Shown here: piece after piece, positions 28,108 through 36,511 of the stretch
Numbering within the stretch: the stretch's first letter is position 1
Layout: each line of letters opens with the position of its first letter
Origin: Candidatus Eiseniibacteriota bacterium
GTDB taxonomy: Bacteria; Eisenbacteria; RBG-16-71-46; JABDJR01
Direction of reading: 5' to 3'
NCBI GenBank assembly: GCA_963762255.1
Contig: CAVXKA010000003.1
Span: forward strand, 160,001-224,000
DNA length: 64,000 nt
The notes under the pieces: model-generated
What the model saw: the letters and a program-made list of their open reading frames with translations, nothing else
The model's database searches: none
What the model was told of the DNA's origin: nothing
Program-made: the position numbers and the translations under genes

Positions 28108-30111
28108 GTGCGCGAACCCCTCGACTCCCCCAGCCTCGAGCAGCGCGCGGCCAACACGATTCGCGTTCTCGTGATGGACGCGGTGCAGAAGGCGGACAGC
28201 GGCCACCCCGGTGCCCCGATGGGGCTGGCCGATGTAGCCACGGTACTCTGGACCCGATTCCTGCGCTTCGACCCCACGTGCCCCGACTGGCCGAACCGCG
28301 ACCGGTTCGTCCTGAGCGCCGGGCACGCGTGCATGCTCCAGTACGCGCTTCTCCACCTGACCGGCTTCGACCTGTCGATGGACGACCTCATGGCGTTCCG
28401 CCAGTGGGAAAGTCGCACGCCGGGCCATCCCGAGTTCGGCCACACGCCGGGCGTCGAGATCACCACCGGCCCTCTCGGTCAGGGCATTGCGAGCGCGGTC
28501 GGCATGGCGCTGGCCGAGCGCCACCTGGCTGCCCGGCTCAACACACCGGACTTCGCCGTCGTCGACCACTGGACCTATGTCATCGCCGGCGACGGCGATC
28601 TCATGGAGGGGGTCCAGGCCGAGGCGGCGTCCCTGGCGGGTCACTTGGGCCTCGGCAAGCTGATCGTGGTGTACGACGACAACCGGATCACCATCGACGG
28701 GGCAACTTCCCTCGCCTTCGACGAGGATCGGGGGGCGCGCTACGAGGCTTTCGGCTGGCACGTGCTGCACGTGGACGGACACGATCGCGCGGCCATCGCC
28801 GAGGCGCTCACGATGGCGCGGGCCGACACCGAGCGGCCGTCGCTGATCGTGGCGCGCACGCACATCGCCTTCGGCGCCCCGACCAAGCAGGACACCTCGG
28901 AGGCCCACGGCACGCCTCTCGGGCCTGAGGAGATCCGCGGCGCCAAGACGGCCTATGGCTTTCCGCCCGACCAGGCGTTCTTCGTCCCCGACGACGTGCG
29001 CGCGCATTTCATGGAGGCGGGATCGCGCCATCGTCCCGAACGCGCGGAATGGGAAACGCGGTTCTCCGCGTGGCGCCGCACCCACGCGGAGAAAGCTGCC
29101 CTCTGGGATGCGCTCCACGCGCCCGCCGTCCCTGTGGAGGGGCGCCCAACCTTCGAGACCGGCAAGAGCATCGCGACCCGTGCCGCATCGGGAAAGGCGC
29201 TCGAGTGGCTGAAGCCGCGAGTGCCCGCGTTGATCGGCGGGAGCGCGGATCTGGAGCCCTCGAACAAGACGTGGAACAAGGGCGACGTCGCGTTCTCGCG
29301 CGAGACCCCCGAGGGGCGCTACATCCATTTCGGAGTCCGCGAGCATGCGATGGGCGCGATGATGAACGGCATGGCCGTGTACGGCGGGCTCGTTCCCTTC
29401 GGCGGCACCTTCCTCACCTTCAGCGACTACATGCGGGGCGCGATACGCCTCGCCGCGCTCATGGGCGTGCGCGTGATCTACGTGTTCACCCACGATTCGA
29501 TCTTCCTCGGCGAGGACGGCCCGACGCATCAGCCGGTCGAGCACCTGGCCGCGCTGCGCGCGATCCCGGGACTGCTGACGTTGCGCCCCGCCGACGCCGC
29601 GGAGACGGTGACCGCGTGGGAAGTGGCGCTGGAGCGCCGCGGTCCGACAGCGCTCTGCCTGACACGACAGGGCGTGCCGGTCCTGGATCACGCCGGGCGG
29701 GGCCCCACCGAGGGCCTGCGCCGAGGCGCCTACATCCTGGCCGGCGCGGATGCGGAGCCCGATCTCATCGCCTTCGCGACCGGTTCCGAGGTGCACGTCA
29801 CGCTCGAAGCGGCGGCGACGCTCGCCAAGGAGGGAACGCGCGTGCGCGTCGTCGCGGTCCCCTCGTGGGAGCTCTTCGCCGAGCAGGACGCGAGCTACCG
29901 CCGCGCGGTGCTCGCCCCGCAGGTGCGGCATCGGATGGCCGTGGAGGCCGCGGTGCCGCTCGGGTGGGAGCGCTTCATCGGCCTGGATGGAATGTTCGTG
30001 GGCATGCGCCGCTTCGGGGCGTCGGCCCCGGCCGAGGTGTTGCAGGAGAAGTTCGGTCTCGACGCGGATGCGATCGCCGCGGCGATGCGGCGCACGCTCC
30101 AACGAGGCTGA
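28108..30111 (+). CDS. tkt: Transketolase
   Basis: [23 protein letters not shown] ThDP motif, [26 protein letters not shown]; start placed at GTG 28108. Confidence 0.96.
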   Translation: MREPLDSPSLEQRAANTIRVLVMDAVQKADSGHPGAPMGLADVATVLWTRFLRFDPTCPDWPNRDRFVLSAGHACMLQYALLHLTGFDLSMDDLMAFRQWESRTPGHPEFGHTPGVEITTGPLGQGIASAVGMALAERHLAARLNTPDFAVVDHWTYVIAGDGDLMEGVQAEAASLAGHLGLGKLIVVYDDNRITIDGATSLAFDEDRGARYEAFGWHVLHVDGHDRAAIAEALTMARADTERPSLIVARTHIAFGAPTKQDTSEAHGTPLGPEEIRGAKTAYGFPPDQAFFVPDDVRAHFMEAGSRHRPERAEWETRFSAWRRTHAEKAALWDALHAPAVPVEGRPTFETGKSIATRAASGKALEWLKPRVPALIGGSADLEPSNKTWNKGDVAFSRETPEGRYIHFGVREHAMGAMMNGMAVYGGLVPFGGTFLTFSDYMRGAIRLAALMGVRVIYVFTHDSIFLGEDGPTHQPVEHLAALRAIPGLLTLRPADAAETVTAWEVALERRGPTALCLTRQGVPVLDHAGRGPTEGLRRGAYILAGADAEPDLIAFATGSEVHVTLEAAATLAKEGTRVRVVAVPSWELFAEQDASYRRAVLAPQVRHRMAVEAAVPLGWERFIGLDGMFVGMRRFGASAPAEVLQEKFGLDADAIAAAMRRTLQRG

Positions 30112-30113
30112 CC

Positions 30114-30908
30114 ATGCGTCCCTACCTGGACCTCATGCGGCGCATCCTCGACGAGGGGCGGCCGCGCACCGATCGCACCGGCACCGGTACCCTGAGCGTG
30201 TTCGGACACCAGATGCGCTTCGACCTCGCGCGCGGATTTCCGCTGGTCACCACCAAGAAGATCCACACGCGATCGGTGATCGAGGAGATGCTCTGGTACC
30301 TGCGCGGCGAGACCAACGTGCAGAGCCTCAGGGACCGCGGCGTGACCATCTGGGACGAGTGGGCGGACACGCAAGGGGATCTCGGGCCCGTCTACGGTTT
30401 CCAGTGGCGCTCGTGGCGGCGACGCGACGGCGGCACCGTCGATCAGATCGCCGAGGCGCTCCGCCTCATCCGCGAGCAGCCCGATTCCCGGCGCATCATC
30501 GTGAGCGCGTGGAACGTGGGCGAACTGGACGAGATGGCCCTCCCCCCGTGCCACCTCCTCTTCCAGTTCTACGTCTCCGACGGGCGGCTCTCCTGCCAGC
30601 TCTATCAGCGTAGCGCCGACGTGTTCCTCGGAGTGCCGTTCAACATCGCTTCCTACGCGCTCTTCACCCACATGATCGCGCAAGTGACGGGCCTCGAGCC
30701 CGGCGAGTTCATCCACACCTTCGGCGACGCCCATCTCTACACGAACCACCTCGACCAGGCTCGCCTTCAGCTCACTCGTGAACCGCGTCCGCTCCCCGTC
30801 CTGGAGCTCAACCCCGAGGTCACCGACCTCTTCGCGTTCCGCGCCGAGGATATCGTGGTACGCGGATACGATCCGCACCCGCACATCAAGGCCGCGGTGT
30901 CGGTGTGA
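30114..30908 (+). CDS. thyA: Thymidylate synthase
   Basis: [35 protein letters not shown]. Confidence 0.97.
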   Translation: MRPYLDLMRRILDEGRPRTDRTGTGTLSVFGHQMRFDLARGFPLVTTKKIHTRSVIEEMLWYLRGETNVQSLRDRGVTIWDEWADTQGDLGPVYGFQWRSWRRRDGGTVDQIAEALRLIREQPDSRRIIVSAWNVGELDEMALPPCHLLFQFYVSDGRLSCQLYQRSADVFLGVPFNIASYALFTHMIAQVTGLEPGEFIHTFGDAHLYTNHLDQARLQLTREPRPLPVLELNPEVTDLFAFRAEDIVVRGYDPHPHIKAAVSV

Positions 30909-31393
30909 TCCTCTCCATCCTCGTCGCCGTCGCCGAGAACGGCGTCATCGGTCGCGAAGGGCGTCTCCCCTGGCATCTCCCCGACGATCTACGCCGCTTC
31001 AAGCGCCTCACCACGGGACACGCCATCGTCATGGGGCGGCGGACCTACGAGTCGATCGGCCGCGCGCTCCCCGGACGGCGCTCGATCGTGCTCTCGCGCG
31101 ATGCGCGCTTCGCGTCGCCCGGGATCGAGATCGCACGCTCGCTGGACGCCGCGCTCGCCGCCTGCGCCGGCGAAGAGGAAGTCTTCGTGATCGGAGGCGA
31201 GAGCCTCTTCCGCAAGGCGCTGCCGAAAGCGGATCGCATCTATCTGACGCGCGTGCACGACCGGCCGGCCGGCGACGTTTGCTTCCCGGACTTCGACGAA
31301 TCGGCGTGGGATCGCGCGGAGAGCGAAGAGCACGCCGCGGACGAGCACCACGAGCATCCCTTCACGTTTCTCACGTATCGCCGGCGGGGGTAG
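30905..31393 (+). CDS. folA: Dihydrofolate reductase
   Basis: [29 protein letters not shown]; overlaps the thyA stop. Confidence 0.95.
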   Translation: MILSILVAVAENGVIGREGRLPWHLPDDLRRFKRLTTGHAIVMGRRTYESIGRALPGRRSIVLSRDARFASPGIEIARSLDAALAACAGEEEVFVIGGESLFRKALPKADRIYLTRVHDRPAGDVCFPDFDESAWDRAESEEHAADEHHEHPFTFLTYRRRG

Positions 31394-31447
31394 TGCCGAT
31401 GTGGGTCATCCTGGCCGCGCTCGTGCTTCATACCAGCGCACCCGCAC

Positions 31448-32866
31448 TCAAGCCGCGCGCCGCGTCTCCCACGGCACCGCGCCGCTAGCGCGCGTTCGCG
31501 CCCCGGTCCGCACCTCCACCAGATCTCCGCCCTGGCGGCGGAACGGTAGCCACGCCAATCCGGCCGGAGCCGCGAACATCGCCGGGGCCGCGTCCAGGAA
31601 TCGGATGAACGCACCGAGGCTCTCGCGCGCAAGCGCGCCCTCCACCGCCCACCGCCACCCGGCCGCCTCGGCGCTCCCTACCGCGGCGCCCGCCGGCAGC
31701 TCCACCGGGTCGTTCACCCAGGGACCGCGCGGGTTGTGCCGCGTGAGGCGCACGGCGAGGTGAAGTTGCGCCTCGAAGTGCCGCGCTTCATAGGCCGGCA
31801 CGAACACCGCATCCGCGGGAGGCGCCTCGGCGCCCGCCGGCGATCCATACACCCAGAACGGTAGCCACCGCCCGGGGCCGCCGATCGGCGCGTCCAGGAA
31901 CCACTGAGAGACGCGCCGCCGTTCGGCGCCGGCCGCCTCCCAGCACGCCGCGCAGTTGCGACAGGGAAAGAGCCGGTCGCGCTCGCGCAGAGGTAACTCG
32001 GCTCCGCACTCCGGACACTCCAACGGCACCAGCAGAGGGCGGGTGTGCTCGGGGCGCATCGGAGCACTCGGCGCCTCCGCCGCGTCCACGTCCGCGTCGT
32101 ATTCCACGTCTCCCCGTGCCTCACCGCTCAGGGTATCCACGAGCACGACGCCGCGCTCGAACCCGCGAAAGGCGAAGGGAACGAGCGCAGCGGGGGCCGC
32201 CACCGCGTTCATGCGCAAGCGGAGATCGTGAGCGGCGGACCGCTCACCGCCCGACGCATCCGCTCGCTCCCGAAACGCCTTCCACCGCCGCGCCGCCTCG
32301 TCGCCGTCCTCCATGGATCGCGTCGGCGCGAGCAACTCGTAGTCTTTCGGCAGTCGGTCGGGGTCGAGCAGGCTGAGCGTGAGGCTCTGCAAGTGCGTGT
32401 CCCGTCCCTGCAGAGCGCCGCCGAGAGGATGTGCGGGGAGCGCGTGCGCGTAGGCGGTCACCGAGGGGCGGGCCTCCCACGCGTCGGCCTCGGGCTCCTG
32501 CGCAAGATCGCGGAAGGCGTCTTGGGGATCGAACGGCCGCGGGCGCGAACGGCGCTCCGGCTCGACCAGGGTCCACGTGAAGCGCAACCCCCGCACCCAG
32601 TGCAGGGGAACGAGGACGCCGCGCGCCTCGCCGATCCGAGTCACCCGCCGACCCGAGTCGCGCAGCCACCGCCGTGCGGCCTCTCGCGCTTCCTCCAGCG
32701 GAACGCGCGGGGGAAGCAGCCATCCGACCGAGCCGTCGTCGCCGACGAAGAAGCGCTCCGCGCAATGCGGACAGGCCAGGGCGGCGGCGCCGTCGAGGGC
32801 GGATATCGGTCCCCCGCAGCGGGGACACTCCAGCGTCCGCAAGAACGGCGCGGCCCCGGGAATCAC
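31448..32866 (-). CDS. Double zinc-ribbon hypothetical protein (YdjG-like)
   Basis: CPRCGG..CPHC and CPECGA..CRNC, each followed by a related P(L/F)xW segment. Confidence 0.7.
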   Translation of the reverse strand: MIPGAAPFLRTLECPRCGGPISALDGAAALACPHCAERFFVGDDGSVGWLLPPRVPLEEAREAARRWLRDSGRRVTRIGEARGVLVPLHWVRGLRFTWTLVEPERRSRPRPFDPQDAFRDLAQEPEADAWEARPSVTAYAHALPAHPLGGALQGRDTHLQSLTLSLLDPDRLPKDYELLAPTRSMEDGDEAARRWKAFRERADASGGERSAAHDLRLRMNAVAAPAALVPFAFRGFERGVVLVDTLSGEARGDVEYDADVDAAEAPSAPMRPEHTRPLLVPLECPECGAELPLRERDRLFPCRNCAACWEAAGAERRRVSQWFLDAPIGGPGRWLPFWVYGSPAGAEAPPADAVFVPAYEARHFEAQLHLAVRLTRHNPRGPWVNDPVELPAGAAVGSAEAAGWRWAVEGALARESLGAFIRFLDAAPAMFAAPAGLAWLPFRRQGGDLVEVRTGARTRASGAVPWETRRAA

Positions 32867-32875
32867 GGGCCGCTC

Positions 32876-33862
32876 CTAGCCGGTTTGCACTTTCGACTGC
32901 TCGACGCCGCAGTTCGGACAGAACTTCGCGTCGGCGGGGAGATCGCTCCCGCAGCCGATGCAGGCTGTCGCACCGCTCACGGACTTGCCGCAGTGTGGGC
33001 AGTAGCCTCCGCTCTTGCCGTTGCCACCCGCGAGCGCGTGAGGAAGGAGAAACCCCATGCCCGCGCCCATGCCGAGGCCGAGTCCGGTCTGAGCGCCGTT
33101 GCCGGCGGCCGCCCCGGGTCGTCCCAGCGCCTTGCCGGTCTGGTACTGCAGGTACGCGTCGAGCGGACCCACGGCGTTGACGCCCGCCCGCTCGTCCAGC
33201 GCCTGCTGCACTTCCTCGGTCGGGGTGATCGAGGTGATGAAGAAGTCGATGAGGTCGATGCCGTACCGGTTGAAGTCGTGCTTCATCTCCAACCGCGCCT
33301 CGGTGGCGAGTTCGTTGTAGAGCGCGGGGAGATCGAGCAAGGTGGACAGCCGCTCGCCGAGCAGGTCGTTCAGGCGCGCCACGATCACGTCGCGAAGATA
33401 GCTCTCGACGTCGTCGGTCGTGTAGATCCCTTGCGTGCCGGAAAGGGTGTTGAGGAAGAGCACCGGATCGGCGACCCGCATGGCGAAGACGCCGTGCGCC
33501 CGCAGGCGGACCGCACCCAGTTCGCGGTCGCGGAACGCCACCGGCTGGCGCGTCCCCCACTTCATGTTCGTGAAGACCTTCTGGTTCACGAAATAGACCG
33601 CGGCCTGGAACGGGCTGGTGCCGCCGTAGGGCACGCTGAGAAGAGACGTGAGGATCGGAAGGTTGGCTGTCGAGAGCACGTGGCGCCCCGGTCCCATCAC
33701 GTCGAGCGCCTGCCCGTCGCGGAAGAAGACCGCCGCCTGGCTCTCGTTCACCACCACCACCGCGCCCAACTTGAGGTCGGCGGTGCCCTCGGTGGGGACG
33801 CGCTGGATGATCGCGGTCCCGGTTGCGTCGTGGGCCTGAATGACTTCAAGGAATGTGGACAT
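32876..33862 (-). CDS. SPFH/band-7 domain protein with C-terminal double zinc ribbon (YdjI-like)
   Basis: VNESQAAVFFRDG..GPGRHVLSTANLP, KWGT, LRAHG, GMGAGMG, CPHCG..CIGCG..KFCPNCG. Confidence 0.88.
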   Translation of the reverse strand: MSTFLEVIQAHDATGTAIIQRVPTEGTADLKLGAVVVVNESQAAVFFRDGQALDVMGPGRHVLSTANLPILTSLLSVPYGGTSPFQAAVYFVNQKVFTNMKWGTRQPVAFRDRELGAVRLRAHGVFAMRVADPVLFLNTLSGTQGIYTTDDVESYLRDVIVARLNDLLGERLSTLLDLPALYNELATEARLEMKHDFNRYGIDLIDFFITSITPTEEVQQALDERAGVNAVGPLDAYLQYQTGKALGRPGAAAGNGAQTGLGLGMGAGMGFLLPHALAGGNGKSGGYCPHCGKSVSGATACIGCGSDLPADAKFCPNCGVEQSKVQTG

Positions 33863-33863
33863 T

Positions 33864-34379
33864 TCAGCTCCTCAGGAACGATTCCCGCTCGTCGAGTATG
33901 TCTTCCAACTCCTGCAGCCCGTCGAGCAGTCGCCGCCCGGGCCACGCCGAGTCGCCCGCACGTGCCTGCTGGTCCCATTCGGCCGCGGCCCGGTCGATCC
34001 CGTCCAGCGCCGCCCAGAGCTGTGTGTCGAGCGCGAGCAGGGTCTCCAGCTCCCGCGACTGCACCTTCTTACGCGCGAACAGGGATGTGTACCCCAGCGG
34101 GGCGAAATGGATCCGATCGCGCTGACGATGCAGTCCGCGCAGCACGCGATCGGCCTCCTCCACGTTCGTGGGGTCCATCGCGCGGATCGAAACGCTCAAC
34201 GCGCGCTCGATGCGGCCGAGGGTGAGGCCGAGCTGGCGCGCCACGGCGTCGCGCACCGCGCGGTCCTCTTCGCGCAGTCGTTCGCGCTGTTTGTATCCGG
34301 AGTAGCCGGGAATGATGGCGGCCAGACGCTCGACGGCGCGAGCGAGGCCGGAGGGATCGAGGACGGGTTCATGAGGCAT
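33864..34379 (-). CDS. Hypothetical all-alpha protein
   Basis: Start placed at ATG 34379 (GGAGG upstream); IPGYSGYKQRERLREED motif; stop lies 1 nt before the SPFH start. Confidence 0.7.
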   Translation of the reverse strand: MPHEPVLDPSGLARAVERLAAIIPGYSGYKQRERLREEDRAVRDAVARQLGLTLGRIERALSVSIRAMDPTNVEEADRVLRGLHRQRDRIHFAPLGYTSLFARKKVQSRELETLLALDTQLWAALDGIDRAAAEWDQQARAGDSAWPGRRLLDGLQELEDILDERESFLRS

Positions 34380-34513
34380 GAGCGACCCTCCATGCTGGAG
34401 CGTTGTGGATTGCCCTACAGATATCGGCCTTCGAGGCGGGGGCTTGAGCCAGGGGCGCGGTCGGAGAGCCGCCAGGGACATGCAGATAGCGCCCCGCGGC
34501 AGACCTCGGCGGT

Positions 34514-34542
34514 TTGACAGCCCCCAGTGCGGCCCCTAGACT
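34514..34542 (+). promoter_or_regulatory. Sigma70 promoter of the S9 peptidase gene
   Basis: TTGACA-N17-TAGACT. Confidence 0.65.
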
Positions 34543-34599
34543 GCGCCGCACCCCTTAGCGCGAACCTGGACCCCTCGGATCTCCTCGGAGGACCCGCCC

Positions 34600-36501
34600 A
34601 TGCGCCGTCTCGTGCTGTCCCTGTGCTTCCTGACCGCCCTGCCCTTCGTCGCGCGGGCCGCCGAGGAGGAGATCCTCCCTTCGACCGCCGTGCCGGACAT
34701 CGACGCCTTCATGCAGATCGGCGCGGCGGGGAGCCCCGAGATCACCCGCGACGGCCGGGCGCTCTTCTTCACCTCCAATTCGTCCGGGGTGAACCAGGTC
34801 TACCGGCTGGATCGCGAGACGGGATGGCCGCTCCAGCTTTCCGTCTTCACCGAGGGGATCGATTTCTACACGCTCTCCCCCACCGGCGAGTACCTCATCT
34901 GCGGCGTGGCCCGGGGCGGTAACGAGAACGCGCAGCTCTGGCTCATGGATGCGAGGACGGGCCGCACCGAGGCCCTGACCGATCAACCCGACGTGCGCCA
35001 CGGCACGCCGACGTGGAGCCCGGACGGTCGCACGATCTTCTACGCGAGCACCGAGGCCAACGGAAAGGACTTCTACGTCTATCGCCTGGAGCTGGCATCG
35101 AAGCAGAAGAGCCTCCTCGCCGATCTCCCCGACTGGAACAGCCCCGGCGACGTGAGCGCCGACGGCCGGCGACTGCTCATCACCCGCGCCGTCTCCAACG
35201 TCAACAGCGACATCTATCTCGTGGACATCACGAGCGGCGAGCGCACGCTGCTCACCCCGCACGAGGGCGAGATTCTCTTCGACAGCGCGCAGTTCGATCG
35301 CACCGGAGCCCGCGTTTACCTGGTCAGCAACGGCAACGGAGACGGCGTGACCCGGCGGGCGGTCATCGACATCGCCACCAAGGCCCTCACGTTCCTCGAC
35401 ACCGAAGGCCCGTGGGAGGTCCAGTCCCTCGGTCTCTCCCCCGATCGCCGGTTCATGGGCTGGACCGTGAACGTGGACGGGTATACCCGACTCCATCTCT
35501 GGGATCTCGATCACGAGCGGACCGTACCGGCGCCGCCGGTGGACGGCCTGGTGGGCGACTTCTCCTTCAGCGATGAGGGAAGCGTGGCCTTCAACTTCAG
35601 CTCCGCGGTGAGCACGGACGACATCTGGATCTGGGACTGGAACGCGCCCGAGCTTCGCAAGATGACCCATTCCACCTACGCCGGGGTGGACCCTTCGCGG
35701 TTCAGCGCCCCCCAACTCGTCCGCTACAAATCCTTCGACGGCCTCATGATTCCCGCTTTCCTATACCTGCCGCCGGACTACCGAGCAGGCCATCCGGTGC
35801 CGTTCGTGGTCCACGCGCACGGCGGCCCCGAATCGCAGTTTCAGCCCGGCTTCATCCGCCACTTCCAGTACCTGCTCCTGAACGGCTACGGCATCCTCGC
35901 CCCCAACATTCGCGGCTCCTCCGGCTACGGTAAGGCGTACCTGGACATGGACAACTACAAGAAGCGGATGGATTCGGTGAAGGATCTCAAGGCGGGGGTG
36001 GACTACCTGGTCAAGAACGGTTACTCGGCGCCGGGCAAGATCGCGGTGAAGGGAGGCTCCTACGGCGGCTACATGACGCTGGCAGCGATCACCGAGTACC
36101 CCAAGGTCTTCTCCGCCGCGGTCGACGAAGTGGGCATCGCGAACTTCGTGACCTTTCTCGAGCGCACCGCCGAGTATCGGCGGGCCATGCGCGAGGCCGA
36201 GTACGGACCGCTCACCGACAAGCCGTTCCTCGAGAGCATCTCGCCGCTCAACAAGGCGTCGCTCATCGAGACGCCGCTCCTGGTGGTGCACGGCGAGAAC
36301 GATCCGCGGGTTCCGGTGAGCGAAGCCCGCCAGATCGTGGCCGCCATCCAGGCGCGGGGGGGCGAAGTGGATACCCTCATCTTCCCGGACGAGGGACACG
36401 GCGTGGCCAAACGCGAGAACGCCCTCGTCTCGTATCGTCGCCTCGTCGAGTTCCTGGATCGTCACCTGAAGGGGCGGTTGGAGCCGACCCGGCCGGACTA
36501 G
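34600..36501 (+). CDS. S9 family (prolyl oligopeptidase/acylaminoacyl) peptidase
   Basis: Signal peptide; PD40-like propeller (WSPDG); HGGP, GGSYGG, HGENDPRV, EGHG. Confidence 0.93.
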   Translation: MRRLVLSLCFLTALPFVARAAEEEILPSTAVPDIDAFMQIGAAGSPEITRDGRALFFTSNSSGVNQVYRLDRETGWPLQLSVFTEGIDFYTLSPTGEYLICGVARGGNENAQLWLMDARTGRTEALTDQPDVRHGTPTWSPDGRTIFYASTEANGKDFYVYRLELASKQKSLLADLPDWNSPGDVSADGRRLLITRAVSNVNSDIYLVDITSGERTLLTPHEGEILFDSAQFDRTGARVYLVSNGNGDGVTRRAVIDIATKALTFLDTEGPWEVQSLGLSPDRRFMGWTVNVDGYTRLHLWDLDHERTVPAPPVDGLVGDFSFSDEGSVAFNFSSAVSTDDIWIWDWNAPELRKMTHSTYAGVDPSRFSAPQLVRYKSFDGLMIPAFLYLPPDYRAGHPVPFVVHAHGGPESQFQPGFIRHFQYLLLNGYGILAPNIRGSSGYGKAYLDMDNYKKRMDSVKDLKAGVDYLVKNGYSAPGKIAVKGGSYGGYMTLAAITEYPKVFSAAVDEVGIANFVTFLERTAEYRRAMREAEYGPLTDKPFLESISPLNKASLIETPLLVVHGENDPRVPVSEARQIVAAIQARGGEVDTLIFPDEGHGVAKRENALVSYRRLVEFLDRHLKGRLEPTRPD

Positions 36502-36511
36502 GGAGCGGAGC

